Part shown: positions 55,104 through 64,000 of the stretch, piece after piece
Layout: each line of letters opens with the position of its first letter
Position numbering within the stretch: the first letter of the stretch is position 1
From: Candidatus Iainarchaeum sp.
GTDB lineage: Archaea > Micrarchaeota > Micrarchaeia > Burarchaeales > Fermentimicrarchaeaceae
Length of the DNA: 64,000 bases
Reading direction: 5' to 3'
Assembly: GCA_028714235.1 (NCBI GenBank)
Contig: JAQTMQ010000003.1
Span: 1,306 to 65,305, forward strand
Made by a program: the position numbers and the translations under genes
The notes under the pieces: generated by a model
The model's input: only the letters and a program-made list of their open reading frames with translations
The model's database searches: none
What the model was told of the DNA's origin: nothing

Positions 55104-55693
55104 GGGGCGCGCCTTCGCAGCGTGACCAGGCTTTCCGTGCATTCCCCGATGCTCTTGCCGGCGACCACGATGCCGTGGCCTTTCGCGACGGCCGCGTTGC
55201 CTTTCGCGAGCAGGCCGGCGACGGCTTGCGCAAGCTCCTTGGTCCCGTAAGCGTTCTCTGCCTCGGTCACCGGGAGCTTCAGCTTCCTGATTGCATCCTC
55301 GGAGACGAGGAGCCTGTCGTGGACGTGGATTATCGCGTTCACGTCCTTCCGGGTCTTGTAGACGAGGTCGTGCATGGGCGTCTCGGACGAGGGCTCCTTG
55401 AGCCCCGCGGCCTTCGTGAGCGTGTTCGACTCCGCGTCGAACCCTTCCACCACCACGAAGTCCTCGTCCGAAAGCCTGGAGAGGTCGGACGCGGTGGCCG
55501 TGATGATGAACTTGCTTCCCGTCCGCACGCTCAGGTTCCCCGTCGTGCCCTGGGCGAGGCCGCGTTCGGAAAGCTCCTTGCCCGCCTTCTTCATCGCCCG
55601 GATTTGCGCCTTGTTTTCAACCGTAAAAACAGTCTTCCTCTCAAGCGCGCCATCGGGAATTGAGTATTTGACTCCGGTGTAATGCTCAGCCAT
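55100..55693 (-). CDS. class II aldolase/adducin-family protein (fuculose-phosphate aldolase / MtnB-like)
   Basis: GTTGNLSVR, HVHD metal ligands; 197 aa. Confidence 0.75.
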   Translation of the reverse strand: MAEHYTGVKYSIPDGALERKTVFTVENKAQIRAMKKAGKELSERGLAQGTTGNLSVRTGSKFIITATASDLSRLSDEDFVVVEGFDAESNTLTKAAGLKEPSSETPMHDLVYKTRKDVNAIIHVHDRLLVSEDAIRKLKLPVTEAENAYGTKELAQAVAGLLAKGNAAVAKGHGIVVAGKSIGECTESLVTLRRRAP

Positions 55694-55727
55694 CAGGTTT
55701 TACCAAAGGCAGGTTTCGGGCTTGACG

Positions 55728-55788
55728 CATATAAATTTAACGCAGGGGAAGGCGCGGGCGAATCCCGCGCACGACATGGTTTATAACT
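55728..55788. promoter_or_regulatory. divergent promoter region: CATATAAATTTA (55728-55739, about 35 nt from the aldolase start on the minus strand) and GTTTATAACT (55779-55788, about 36 nt upstream of the ahcY ATG)
   Basis: Two isolated TATA-like elements in a 130-bp GC-rich spacer between divergent genes. Confidence 0.35.
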
Positions 55789-55823
55789 CTGGCCCGACCC
55801 AAAAAATCGTGCGGTGATTTTTC

Positions 55824-57056
55824 ATGGACTGCAAAATCAGGGATGCCTCGCTTTCGGCGCAGGGGAAACTGAACGTTGACTGGGCGGAAAAGCGCATGCC
55901 AGTGCTTTCGGTGGTCGCGGAAGAGTTTTCCGGGACGAAGCCGTTTTCCGGGCTCAGGATTGGCGCCTGCCTTCACGTCACGAAGGAGACCGCGGTCCTC
56001 ATGCGCGCGCTCAAGGCCGGGGGCGCGCAGCTCTGGCTTTGCGGCAGCAACCCGCTTTCCACGCAGGACGACGTCGCGGCCGAGCTCGTTTCTGAAGGCG
56101 TGGGGGTTTTCGCGTGGCGCGGCCAGTCGGCGGAAGAGTACGCATGGTGCATCGGGAAGGTGCTTGACGCGAAGCCCGACATCGTGCTTGACGACGGCGC
56201 GGACCTGACGGTCGAGGCCCACGCGCGGGGGCTGAAGCCGCTTGGCGGGACCGAGGAGACGACCACGGGCGTGCTCCGGCTCGCCGCGCTCGAGCGCGAG
56301 GGGAAGCTCGGGTTCCCGCTGATTGCGGTCAACGACGCGAAGACGAAGATGATGTTCGACAACAGGTACGGGACCGGGCAGAGCACGATTGAGGGCATAA
56401 TCCGGGCGACGTCCGTGCTCCTCGCGGGCAAAAAGTTCGTCGTGGCCGGCTACGGGTGGTGCGGGAAGGGCGCGGCGATGCGCGCGAAAGGGCTTGGCGC
56501 GAGCGTGGTCGTCACGGAAGTGGACCCGGTGAAGGCGCTTGAGGCGGCGATGGACGGCTTCGAGGTGATGCGGATGGACGACGCGGCGAAAACCGGGGAC
56601 GTCTTCGTCACCGTCACGGGCGACAGGGACGTCATAGTGGGAAGGCATTTCGAGGCTATGAAGGACGGCGCGATTCTCGCGAACTCGGGCCACTTTGACG
56701 TCGAGGTGGACGTGAAGGGCCTGAAGGCGCTCGCGAAGTCCGTCAGGCGGGTGAGGCCGTGCGTGGACGAGTACGAGATGATGGACGGACGCCGGCTCTG
56801 CCTCCTCGGCGAAGGCAGGCTCGTCAACCTCGCGTGCGCGGAAGGCCACCCGAGCGAGGTGATGCAGATGAGCTTTGCGAACCAGGCGCTTTGCGCCGAG
56901 TTCATAGCGAAGGCCAGGGGAAGGCTTCCGGCCAGGCTTTCCAAGGTGCCCGAAGAGATTGACGCGAGGGTCGCCGCGCTCGCGCTCAGGGCGATGGGCA
57001 GGCAGATTGACGCGCTGACCCCGGAGCAGGAGGCGTACCTGAAAAGCTGGGCTTGA
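55824..57056 (+). CDS. ahcY: S-adenosyl-L-homocysteine hydrolase (adenosylhomocysteinase)
   Basis: 410 aa. Substrate-domain motifs ([22 protein letters not shown]), NAD-binding GYGWCGKG; typical archaeal-length AhcY. Confidence 0.9.
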   Translation: MDCKIRDASLSAQGKLNVDWAEKRMPVLSVVAEEFSGTKPFSGLRIGACLHVTKETAVLMRALKAGGAQLWLCGSNPLSTQDDVAAELVSEGVGVFAWRGQSAEEYAWCIGKVLDAKPDIVLDDGADLTVEAHARGLKPLGGTEETTTGVLRLAALEREGKLGFPLIAVNDAKTKMMFDNRYGTGQSTIEGIIRATSVLLAGKKFVVAGYGWCGKGAAMRAKGLGASVVVTEVDPVKALEAAMDGFEVMRMDDAAKTGDVFVTVTGDRDVIVGRHFEAMKDGAILANSGHFDVEVDVKGLKALAKSVRRVRPCVDEYEMMDGRRLCLLGEGRLVNLACAEGHPSEVMQMSFANQALCAEFIAKARGRLPARLSKVPEEIDARVAALALRAMGRQIDALTPEQEAYLKSWA

Positions 57057-57062
57057 GCCGCG

Positions 57063-57914
57063 CTAAGGGCGGGCAATCCCCACCACTTTCACCGCGAAGT
57101 TGAGCGCGTGCCCGGCAAGCGGGTGGTTCGTGTCCAGCACGAAGTAGTCGTCCTGTATGTCCACGACCTTTGCGACCTGCGGGTAGCCGTCCGCGCCCTT
57201 CACGTAATACTGGTTCCCGAGAATCGGCTGCCTCCGCAGCGTTATCGCCGTGTCGTTGATGGCCACCACCTGCTCCACCCAGCTTTGCGTTTGTATTGAC
57301 TGGTTGATTTCAGGGTTGTGCCGGAGCATCACGTCCGAAGACGTGACCGCGATGATGTCCGCCTCCCACGCGCCGAGGCTCACGCTCGTGTCCCCCGAAA
57401 AGTTGAAATCCGGGAATACGGCGAGGAAATCGGAGATGTTGACCGTCTCTATCCTCGGGGTCGGGTAATCGCGGGGCATGACCGCGATTTTCCCTGCGTC
57501 GTATTCGCCGTACCCATCGCCGGGCTGGACGGTGAACGCCTTTTCCTCGCCCTCGTGCATGCCGGTCAGCGCCGCCTCGAAGCCGGAAATCACCTGGCCG
57601 GCGCCGATTGTGACGTTCAACGGCTCGTAGGCCACGCCCTCCTTGTAAAGCCCGGCCGCCCTGGCCACGCTTTCTATTGACGTGTCGTAAACCGTGCCGT
57701 TGTCCAGCGTGAGCGTGTAGTCCGCGAAAACAGTGTCGCCGCTCCGCGCCTCCAGGCTCGGGTCGGGCGTCGCGGCGGGAAGCGGGGTGGGGGTGGAATT
57801 CGGCCCTCCCGCGCCGTGGCCGGCGCCCCACATCTGGGTCGCGGCGGCCGCCACCAGGATTATTGCCGCCGTTGCGAGCGCGGCGTAAGCCATGTTGATT
57901 TTCAACCGTTTCAC
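57063..57914 (-). CDS. FKBP-type peptidyl-prolyl cis-trans isomerase with N-terminal signal-anchor (secreted/membrane-tethered, SlyD/FkpA-like with IF insertion)
   Basis: GDTVFADYTLTLDNGTVYDTS ... GAGQVISGFEAALTGMHEGEEKAFTVQPGDGYG ... NHPLAGHALNFAVKVVGI. GTG start in the track (an ATG at 57893 is an alternative). Confidence 0.75.
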   Translation of the reverse strand: MKRLKINMAYAALATAAIILVAAAATQMWGAGHGAGGPNSTPTPLPAATPDPSLEARSGDTVFADYTLTLDNGTVYDTSIESVARAAGLYKEGVAYEPLNVTIGAGQVISGFEAALTGMHEGEEKAFTVQPGDGYGEYDAGKIAVMPRDYPTPRIETVNISDFLAVFPDFNFSGDTSVSLGAWEADIIAVTSSDVMLRHNPEINQSIQTQSWVEQVVAINDTAITLRRQPILGNQYYVKGADGYPQVAKVVDIQDDYFVLDTNHPLAGHALNFAVKVVGIARP

Positions 57915-58079
57915 CTTCCGAAAAGCCCGCCGAGAAAGGACTTGAGCCGCGAAAGAACGCCTTCCCTTTTCCGCCTGAAGTCCTTTGACGAGTGAAGCGA
58001 GCCGTACTTCGCCTGCTGGGCTGAAAATGCCTTCCAGGAGCGCTCAGCCATCGCTAATTGTTTTGGCTCCGCTGGCTTT

Positions 58080-58760
58080 TTAACGTGTGGGCGAAAGTTC
58101 GGCGCCGGCGGCCTCCATCGTGCCGGAAGAGCCGCGCCAGACCGTCTTCGTTTCGCGAAGCCGCAGGCGCTTGCTGAAGAACGGCGCGTTGAGCACGAGG
58201 GTTTCGAATTCGCCGCCCTCGCCGCAGACCGAGATTCCGGTTTTTTCGCGGAGCCGGATTAGGTCGCGCACGCATTTTTCGTCGTAGGGCCTGCCGAGCC
58301 ATCCTTCCCCGAGGCCTTCGGCCGAAACCGAGACGATTACCGCCTCGAGGCTTTCCGCCTCCTCGAGCGCGAGCCGCTCCTGCGGCTTGCGCCAAAGCGG
58401 GGCGAACGACTTGAGGCCGAGCTCCTCGCAGGTGAGGTCCACGCGCTCCTTCTGGTATTCGCTTTCGATCGCGCCGGAAACGACGCCGTCGATTCCGAGC
58501 CCGGAGAGGGCGCGCTTCAGGTCCGCGACCTCCTTTTCCTTTTCGCCTTTTGATTCGACGAACCTGTGCGGGATGCCTGCGGCTTCCGCCTGCAGCTTCG
58601 TGAGTTCAACGTTCGGGTGGTGGAACATGAAGGAGTCCGGGTTCGCGGTCTGGATTGTGACGAGGCGCGCGACCTCCCAGCCGTGCTGCATGGCGAGCCA
58701 CGCCGCGTAGGCGGAGTCCTTGCCTCCGGAGAAGAGAGCGGCAACCTTCAAGCTCGCCAC
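58080..58760 (-). CDS. PP-loop ATPase of the MJ0570/Dph6 family (diphthine-ammonia ligase-like)
   Basis: SGGKDS PP-loop at the N-terminus (KVAALFSGGKDSAYAA), E-G-G-E-x-E-T motif (CGEGGEFETLVLNAPFF). 226 aa. Confidence 0.7.
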   Translation of the reverse strand: MASLKVAALFSGGKDSAYAAWLAMQHGWEVARLVTIQTANPDSFMFHHPNVELTKLQAEAAGIPHRFVESKGEKEKEVADLKRALSGLGIDGVVSGAIESEYQKERVDLTCEELGLKSFAPLWRKPQERLALEEAESLEAVIVSVSAEGLGEGWLGRPYDEKCVRDLIRLREKTGISVCGEGGEFETLVLNAPFFSKRLRLRETKTVWRGSSGTMEAAGAELSPTR

Positions 58761-58770
58761 CGCCTGAATC

Positions 58771-59115
58771 CTAGTATTCGGATTGCCATTGTTCCGGGAG
58801 GCCGGAGATGGACCAGTAGCGGCCGCCCTCGCGCTTCCGCGAAGGGGCCTGCTCGGAAAGCGTTTTTTCTATCAGCCCGGAGAGCTCCTCCTCGCTCGGG
58901 ACGCGGTCCCCGAATATGCGCTCGCCGTTCAGCACGAGCCCGGGCGCGGAGAAGATTTGGAACTGGGCGGCCGCGTCCCGGTTCGCCTTCTGCTCGATGT
59001 CGAGGATGCTCGCGTGCAGCCTTCCGCGGAATTTCCTTGCGACCGCCTTCACGGCGGCCTCTATCGCGGCGCATTCGTCTGCCTTTTTCGATGATGTGAA
59101 CAGTGCGAGGTCCAT
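58771..59115 (-). CDS. hypothetical protein (114 aa), possibly thioredoxin-fold-like without a CxxC
   Basis: ORF track. beta-alpha pattern; a single Cys. Confidence 0.3.
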   Translation of the reverse strand: MDLALFTSSKKADECAAIEAAVKAVARKFRGRLHASILDIEQKANRDAAAQFQIFSAPGLVLNGERIFGDRVPSEEELSGLIEKTLSEQAPSRKREGGRYWSISGLPEQWQSEY

Positions 59116-59127
59116 GCGGATACCACC

Positions 59128-59787
59128 TTATGCTGGCGATTGCTGTTTTCTGGCGAGCTTCTTTTTTATTGTTTTCAGCGTGAAGAAGGTTTCGCGCTCC
59201 ATCTCGTCGAGGCGCATGGAGATGTATTTCGACTGCCGCCTGAGCCGGGGCATCACCACGTACTCGAGCGCGTTCACCCTGCGCTTCGTCTTCTCTATTT
59301 CGCGCAGGAGCTTTATGAGCGCGTTCTCTGTCTTCGCGAGCGCAATCACTGTCGCCAGGGTTTCCTCGAATGAGCCCGCGGCCTCGTCAATCTTGGCTGA
59401 CGTGCCGGTTATGCCGTAGCCGCGCTCGAACGCGGCCCGGGAGGAGTAGCCGCCCTTTATGTCCGGGACCTTCACGCCCATTATGTTCTTCACCGAGATT
59501 TCCACGTTGCTTGCCCTGCTGACCGCCATCGCCGCGTTCTCGACCTCGAGCACGCCGTGGTAGGCCTCCGCGACCGCGAGGTCCTGGTACGCGCGGGCCG
59601 CCTTCTGGTCCAGCTCGCCGCGGAGGTCGCGCGCCTTCTCGAGGATTTGGAAGAATTCGAGCACGAGGACGTCGCGCTTCTGCTTTAGGAGGCGGTGCCC
59701 CTGCACGGCTAGCTTCATCTTGTTCTTTGTGGTCATGAGCTCCATTCGGGTGGGCTTGACGGTTTCCTCCATCGCCATCCGCTTCAC
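59128..59787 (-). CDS. atpD: A-type (A1AO) ATP synthase subunit D
   Basis: [29 protein letters not shown] is the canonical subunit D N-terminus. 219 aa; operon position after atpB. Confidence 0.85.
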   Translation of the reverse strand: MKRMAMEETVKPTRMELMTTKNKMKLAVQGHRLLKQKRDVLVLEFFQILEKARDLRGELDQKAARAYQDLAVAEAYHGVLEVENAAMAVSRASNVEISVKNIMGVKVPDIKGGYSSRAAFERGYGITGTSAKIDEAAGSFEETLATVIALAKTENALIKLLREIEKTKRRVNALEYVVMPRLRRQSKYISMRLDEMERETFFTLKTIKKKLARKQQSPA

Positions 59788-61220
59788 TCCCCGGCTGCTC
59801 CCGCGGCCTCGGGCTTTTCCGCGCCCTTGACTGCCGCCGTCCGGAAGCGCTTCCCGTATTTTTCGATGTATTCGCGCTTCACACGCTTCAGCTCGGATTC
59901 CGGAAGCATCGCGAAAAGCTCCCAGCCGAGGTCCAGCGTCCCCTCTATGTCGCGGTTCTCGTGCCTGCTCTGCGTGACCACGCGCTTCTCGAACTCGTCG
60001 GCGAACTTCAGGTACTGCTTGTCCACGTCGGTGAGCGCCTCCTCGCCGACCACCGCCGAAAGCGAGCGGAGGTCGCGGCCTTCCGCGTAAGCCGCGTACA
60101 TCTGGTCCGCGGCGCCGCGGTGGTCCTCGCGCGTCCTCCCCTTCCCGATGCCCGCGTTCATCAGCCTTGAAAGCGAGGGGAGCACGTCGATCGGGGGGTA
60201 GATGCCTTTCCTGTGGAGGTCCCTGCTCACCACTATCTGGCCCTCCGTTATGTAGCCCGTGAGGTCCGGAATCGGGTGCGTGATGTCGTCGCCGGGCATG
60301 GAAAGGATTGAGAACTGGGTGACCGTCCCCTTCTTGCCCTTAATGACGCCCGCGCGCTCGTAGATGGTGGAAAGGTCGGTGTACATGTAGCCGGGGTAGC
60401 CCCGCCTCCCGGGAACTTCTTCGCGCGCGCTCGCAATCTCGCGCAGGGCCTCGCAGTAGTTCGTCATGTCCGTGATGATTACGAGCACCTGCATGTCCTT
60501 CTCGTAAGCCAAAAACTCGGCGGTCGTGAGGGCGAGCCTTGGGGTGATGATGCGCTCGACGCTCGGGTCGTCGGCAAGGTTGAGGAAGAGGACGGCCCGC
60601 TCGAGCGCGCCCGTCTTCTCGAAGTCGCGCATGAAGAAGCCCGACTCCTCGTGCGTTATGCCGATTGCCGCGAAAACGACCGCGAACGACTCCTCCTTGC
60701 CGAGCACTTTCGCCTGCCTCGCAATCTGCACCGCGATTTCGTTGTGCGGCAGGCCGGAGCCTGAGAAGATGGGAAGCTTCTGCCCCCTGACGAGCGTGTT
60801 CATGCCGTCAATCGTTGAAATGCCGGTCTGGATGAACTCGCGCGGCGGCTCGCGCGCGTAGGGGTTGATTGCGCTTCCCGAGATGTCGGACCGCTTCTCG
60901 GGAACGATTTTGGGCCCGCCGTCCCTCGGCTCGCCCAGGCCGTCGAAAACCCTGCCCAGCATGTCCGTGGAGACGCCCAGCTTCATTGTCTCGCCGAGGA
61001 AGCGCACGCTCGTCCTGTCCGTGTCCAGGCCGGTCGTGGGGCCGAAAATCTGGACGACCGCGCGGCCCCTGCTCGTCTCAAGCACCTGCCCCTTGCGGCG
61101 CTCGCCGTCCGGAAGCGTGACCTCCACGAGCTCGTTGTAGCCCACGTTTCCCACGTTTTCCACGAAAACGAGCGGGCCGGCGACCGCCGAGACTGTCCTG
61201 AATTCCTTTATCAACTTCAC
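59784..61220 (-). CDS. atpB: A-type ATP synthase subunit B (regulatory)
   Basis: 478 aa; [17 protein letters not shown]..., degenerate P-loop region [18 protein letters not shown]. 4-nt overlaps with atpA and atpD. Confidence 0.9.
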   Translation of the reverse strand: MKLIKEFRTVSAVAGPLVFVENVGNVGYNELVEVTLPDGERRKGQVLETSRGRAVVQIFGPTTGLDTDRTSVRFLGETMKLGVSTDMLGRVFDGLGEPRDGGPKIVPEKRSDISGSAINPYAREPPREFIQTGISTIDGMNTLVRGQKLPIFSGSGLPHNEIAVQIARQAKVLGKEESFAVVFAAIGITHEESGFFMRDFEKTGALERAVLFLNLADDPSVERIITPRLALTTAEFLAYEKDMQVLVIITDMTNYCEALREIASAREEVPGRRGYPGYMYTDLSTIYERAGVIKGKKGTVTQFSILSMPGDDITHPIPDLTGYITEGQIVVSRDLHRKGIYPPIDVLPSLSRLMNAGIGKGRTREDHRGAADQMYAAYAEGRDLRSLSAVVGEEALTDVDKQYLKFADEFEKRVVTQSRHENRDIEGTLDLGWELFAMLPESELKRVKREYIEKYGKRFRTAAVKGAEKPEAAGAAGE

Positions 61221-63007
61221 GAAACCACCCCTGCCTTGTGGGCGTCTGAAAGAAGCTTGCCGAACTCGGCTTCCGTCTGCTTCGCGACCGCGCCAATCTT
61301 CTTTTCAAACTCCGCTTCGGGCACCTCCTTGAGGCGCGAAATCTCCGCGCCGACCGGAAGCTCCTGAATCCTCTTGAGCTGGACGCCTTCGTCAATCGCC
61401 TCTATTGACTTGCCGTAAAACGAAAGGATTGCCTTGAGCATCCCGAACTGCTTCTTCATCGAGCTGTACGTGTCCACCTCGTGGAACGCGGACTGCTGCA
61501 GGTAGTCCTCGCGAATCATGCGCGTTGCGCGGAGCACCGCGCGCTCCTTTTCCGGGAGGGCGTCGGGCCCGACGAGCTGCACGATTTCCTGCAGCTCGGC
61601 CTCCTTCTGGAGCAGGGCCATCGCCTTGAGCCGGAGCTCGGGCCAGTCCTTTGAAACGTTTTCCCGGTACCACTCGTCAAGCGAGTCCGCGTAAAGCGAA
61701 TAGCTTTTCAGCCAGTGGATTGCCGGGAAGTGGCGCCTGTGCGCGAGGCTCGCGTCAAGCGCCCAGAAGACCTTCGTGACGCGCAGCGTGTTCTGCGAGA
61801 CCGGCTCGGAGATGTCGCCGCCTGGGGGCGAAACCGCGCCGATTACCGAAATCGAGCCGACCCTGTCCTCGCCGCCGGGCAGGCACTCCACCCTTCCGGC
61901 GCGCTCGTAGAACTCGGCAAGCCTGCGCGCGAGGTACGCGGGGTATCCCTCCTCGCCGGGCATCTCCTCGAGCCTGCCCGAGATTTCCCTCATCGCCTCG
62001 GCCCAGCGAGAGGTCGAGTCTGCCATGAGCGACACGTCGTACCCCATGTCGCGGTAGTACTCGGCAATCGTGATTCCCGTGTAGATGCTCGCCTCCCTCG
62101 CGGCGACCGGCATGTTCGACGTGTTCGCAATCAGGACGGTCCTCTGCATCAACGGCTTCTTCGTCTTCGGGTCCTCGAGGCGCGGGAATTCGGTGAGCAC
62201 TTCCGTCATCTCGTTTCCCCTTTCCCCGCACCCGATGTAGACCACGATTTGCGCGTCGCTCCACTTGGCGAGCGCCTGCTGGGTCACCGTCTTTCCCGAC
62301 CCGAAAGGCCCGGGAATCGCGGCCGTCCCGCCCTTCGCGATGGGGAAGAAGGTGTCGAGCACGCGCTGCCCGGTGACGAGCGGCGTGTCGGGCGGGAACC
62401 TTTTCGCGTAGGGCCTTCCCTTCCTCACGCGCCACCGCTGCATGAGCTTCACCTCGCAGGGCTTGCTTCCCGCGCTCTTGATGGTGCAGACCGTTTCCTC
62501 GACCGTGAACGAGCCCGCCTTTATGTCCGAAACCTCGCCGGAAACCCCGGGGGGAACCATCACCTTGTGGGTTATGACGTCTGTTTCCTTCACAGTCCCT
62601 ACGATTGCGCCCGGGACGACCCTGTCGCCCTTCCTCACTTTCGGGACGAACGCCCACTTCTTCCCGCGCTCAAGCGCGTTCGTGACTATTCCCCTCCGGA
62701 TGAACGCGCCCGACTCGTTCATGACCACGACGAGCGGCCTCTGGATGCCGTCGTAAATGGACGTGAGGAGCCCTGGCCCGAGCTCCACCGAAAGCGGCTC
62801 GCCCGTGTTCTCGACCGGCTCGCCGGGCCGTATTCCGCCCGTGTCCTCGTAAACCTGTATGAACGCGCGGTCGCCCTCGAGGCGGATGATTTCGCCGATG
62901 AGCTTCTCCGTGCCCACCTTGACGACGTCGTACATCTTTGCGCCACGCATGCCCGACGCGACCACGACGGGCCCGGAAATCTTTTCGAGTACTCCCATGA
63001 AAAACAC
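61217..63007 (-). CDS. atpA: A-type ATP synthase subunit A (catalytic); no intein
   Basis: 596 aa; P-loop [18 protein letters not shown], non-homologous region typical of A/V-type catalytic subunits. Confidence 0.9.
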   Translation of the reverse strand: MFFMGVLEKISGPVVVASGMRGAKMYDVVKVGTEKLIGEIIRLEGDRAFIQVYEDTGGIRPGEPVENTGEPLSVELGPGLLTSIYDGIQRPLVVVMNESGAFIRRGIVTNALERGKKWAFVPKVRKGDRVVPGAIVGTVKETDVITHKVMVPPGVSGEVSDIKAGSFTVEETVCTIKSAGSKPCEVKLMQRWRVRKGRPYAKRFPPDTPLVTGQRVLDTFFPIAKGGTAAIPGPFGSGKTVTQQALAKWSDAQIVVYIGCGERGNEMTEVLTEFPRLEDPKTKKPLMQRTVLIANTSNMPVAAREASIYTGITIAEYYRDMGYDVSLMADSTSRWAEAMREISGRLEEMPGEEGYPAYLARRLAEFYERAGRVECLPGGEDRVGSISVIGAVSPPGGDISEPVSQNTLRVTKVFWALDASLAHRRHFPAIHWLKSYSLYADSLDEWYRENVSKDWPELRLKAMALLQKEAELQEIVQLVGPDALPEKERAVLRATRMIREDYLQQSAFHEVDTYSSMKKQFGMLKAILSFYGKSIEAIDEGVQLKRIQELPVGAEISRLKEVPEAEFEKKIGAVAKQTEAEFGKLLSDAHKAGVVS

Positions 63008-63008
63008 C

Positions 63009-63392
63009 CTATTTTTTTCCGCCCAGATCGAATCCCAGCGCGCGCTTTATCATTTCGCCAAGGCGCTCCGACTTCTCCGACCTGCCCGCCTTGTCCGGGA
63101 TGCCGATTACGACGGGCTTCGCGATGGACTCGATTTTTTTCTTGAGCCGCCAGTCGATTAACGAGAGGAGCGACTCGCTCACGATTATTATCCCCGCGTT
63201 CTCCCTGTCCACGAGCTCGGAAAGCTTTTTTTCCGCGGCCGCCCCCTCTGCGACGTAAGCCTCCGTGACCCCCGCGAGCCTGAAGCCCATCACCATGACG
63301 GGGTCGCCTATGACTATTATCTTGTCGGGAAGAACCGGGAGGGGAGGCGCCGCCTCTCCCTTCACCCTTATGAGCGTTATGTCCTCCTTCAT
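63009..63392 (-). CDS. atpF: A-type ATP synthase subunit F (start approximate; ORF track extends to a TTG at 63491, which would overlap atpC)
   Basis: [19 protein letters not shown]... matches the subunit F N-terminal consensus. Operon position between atpC and atpA. Confidence 0.65.
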   Translation of the reverse strand: MKEDITLIRVKGEAAPPLPVLPDKIIVIGDPVMVMGFRLAGVTEAYVAEGAAAEKKLSELVDRENAGIIIVSESLLSLIDWRLKKKIESIAKPVVIGIPDKAGRSEKSERLGEMIKRALGFDLGGKK

Positions 63393-63423
63393 TCCGGGCG
63401 CGTTTCCAGCCAATTGCAAAACC

Positions 63424-64000
63424 TCAGTCCGCGAAGACGAGCGTGCCGCGGATTTTCGCGGGCGGCAGGTTGAACTCCTTGCCGCGCACAATCTTCCTGA
63501 CGTTGTTCACCTCGTTCTCCTTGAGCAGGAGGTAGCCGACGAGCACGCCTGGCGAGAGCACGCTCATGCGAAGCGTCCTGAAGCCTAGCCTGAGGACCCT
63601 GCGCTCAAGCTCGGTCTCCATGTTCACGAGCGACGCCTTCCGCCCGCCCGGCTCGAGCGGGGTGAGCCCGAACCGCTCCATCACCGCCTTGAACGCCTCA
63701 TCCGTGGTCGGGGCCTGGATGAAGCGGTTGAGCTCGTGCGCCGTCAGCGTGCCGCCTCCGATGACGTACGACCTTATCTTCGCCTCGCTTGCGCCCTCGC
63801 GCTTGCCGCGCAGTATGTTCACCGCGTTCCGGTTGTCGATGCTCGCCCTCACCACGGCGAGAATCCTTTCGCCGTCGGGAATGCGCGGCGAGACCGCGCC
63901 CGAGAGCTTTGCGTAAAAATGCTTTTCAACCGCGTTGAGGAGCGGCTGGATGTTCTTGGACTTCTTGTACTCCGCGAGCAGCGGCTCGAGCGCCTCGCCG
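63424..64000 (-). CDS. atpC: A-type ATP synthase subunit C, C-terminal part (N-terminus beyond the window)
   Basis: Own translation shows the frame stays open from 63855 up to the window edge (...GEALEPLLAEYKKSKNIQPLLNAVEKHFYAKLSGAVSPRIPDGERILAVVRASIDNRNAV...). The ORF-track start at 63855 is just the first in-window GTG. Confidence 0.65.
   Translation of the reverse strand, partial: GEALEPLLAEYKKSKNIQPLLNAVEKHFYAKLSGAVSPRIPDGERILAVVRASIDNRNAVNILRGKREGASEAKIRSYVIGGGTLTAHELNRFIQAPTTDEAFKAVMERFGLTPLEPGGRKASLVNMETELERRVLRLGFRTLRMSVLSPGVLVGYLLLKENEVNNVRKIVRGKEFNLPPAKIRGTLVFAD

Noticed and set aside
63009-63491. Full-length ORF-track call for atpF starting at the TTG at 63491
   Set aside because: It would overlap the 3' end of atpC by about 70 nt and add an Arg/Ser-rich N-terminus. 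The internal ATG near 63392 gives the canonical subunit F start. My manual base counting in this line was off by one relative to the track frame, so the trimmed coordinate is approximate.
1-64000. CRISPR arrays, tRNA/rRNA genes, IS elements, integrases
   Set aside because: No regularly spaced direct repeats, no tRNA-like conserved T-arm or anticodon-arm strings in the intergenic spacers, and no transposase- or integrase-like ORFs were seen by eye. tRNAs cannot be fully excluded without tRNAscan-type software.

Overview
The window is a 64-kb piece of high-GC (about 65 %) archaeal chromosome. It carries an A-type ATP synthase operon (atpC-F-A-B-D), RFC small subunit, Pelota, ABCE1 and IleRS, and no tRNA/rRNA or CRISPR array was seen. 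The right half (about 31.5-64 kb) is ordinary housekeeping. It includes IleRS, a MtaB-like methylthiotransferase, a P-type ATPase, a GDT1/UPF0016 transporter, three PfkB kinases, an MtaD/DadD-type deaminase, a class II aldolase, AhcY, an FKBP PPIase, a Dph6-like PP-loop ATPase and a JAMM/MPN protease. The left half (1-27 kb) is an almost entirely minus-strand accessory island. Read in transcription order it contains three tandem paralogues of a small pilin-like protein with a VirB2/TrbC/CedA1-type layout. Six tandem, translationally coupled paralogues of a polytopic membrane protein follow, then two paralogous bitopic proteins. Next come a HerA/VirB4/CedB-like FtsK-superfamily ATPase, a few small proteins (coiled-coil plus wHTH, Zn-ribbon membrane protein) and a 790-aa two-domain membrane protein. 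The island ends with a roughly 3,100-aa cell-surface protein whose reading frame is interrupted by one in-frame TAA, and a further 576+ aa membrane-anchored protein that the ORF track missed because it runs off the window. I read this as a candidate, apparently undescribed Ced/Ted-like or T4SS-like pilus, secretion or DNA-transfer module coupled to giant adhesin-like surface proteins. Two adjacent GT-C glycosyltransferase paralogues may decorate them. Many ORF-track entries are Arg/Pro-rich antisense or off-frame artefacts of high-GC DNA and were discarded. Several N-termini in the track are over-extended by in-frame upstream GTG/TTG/ATG codons and were trimmed.
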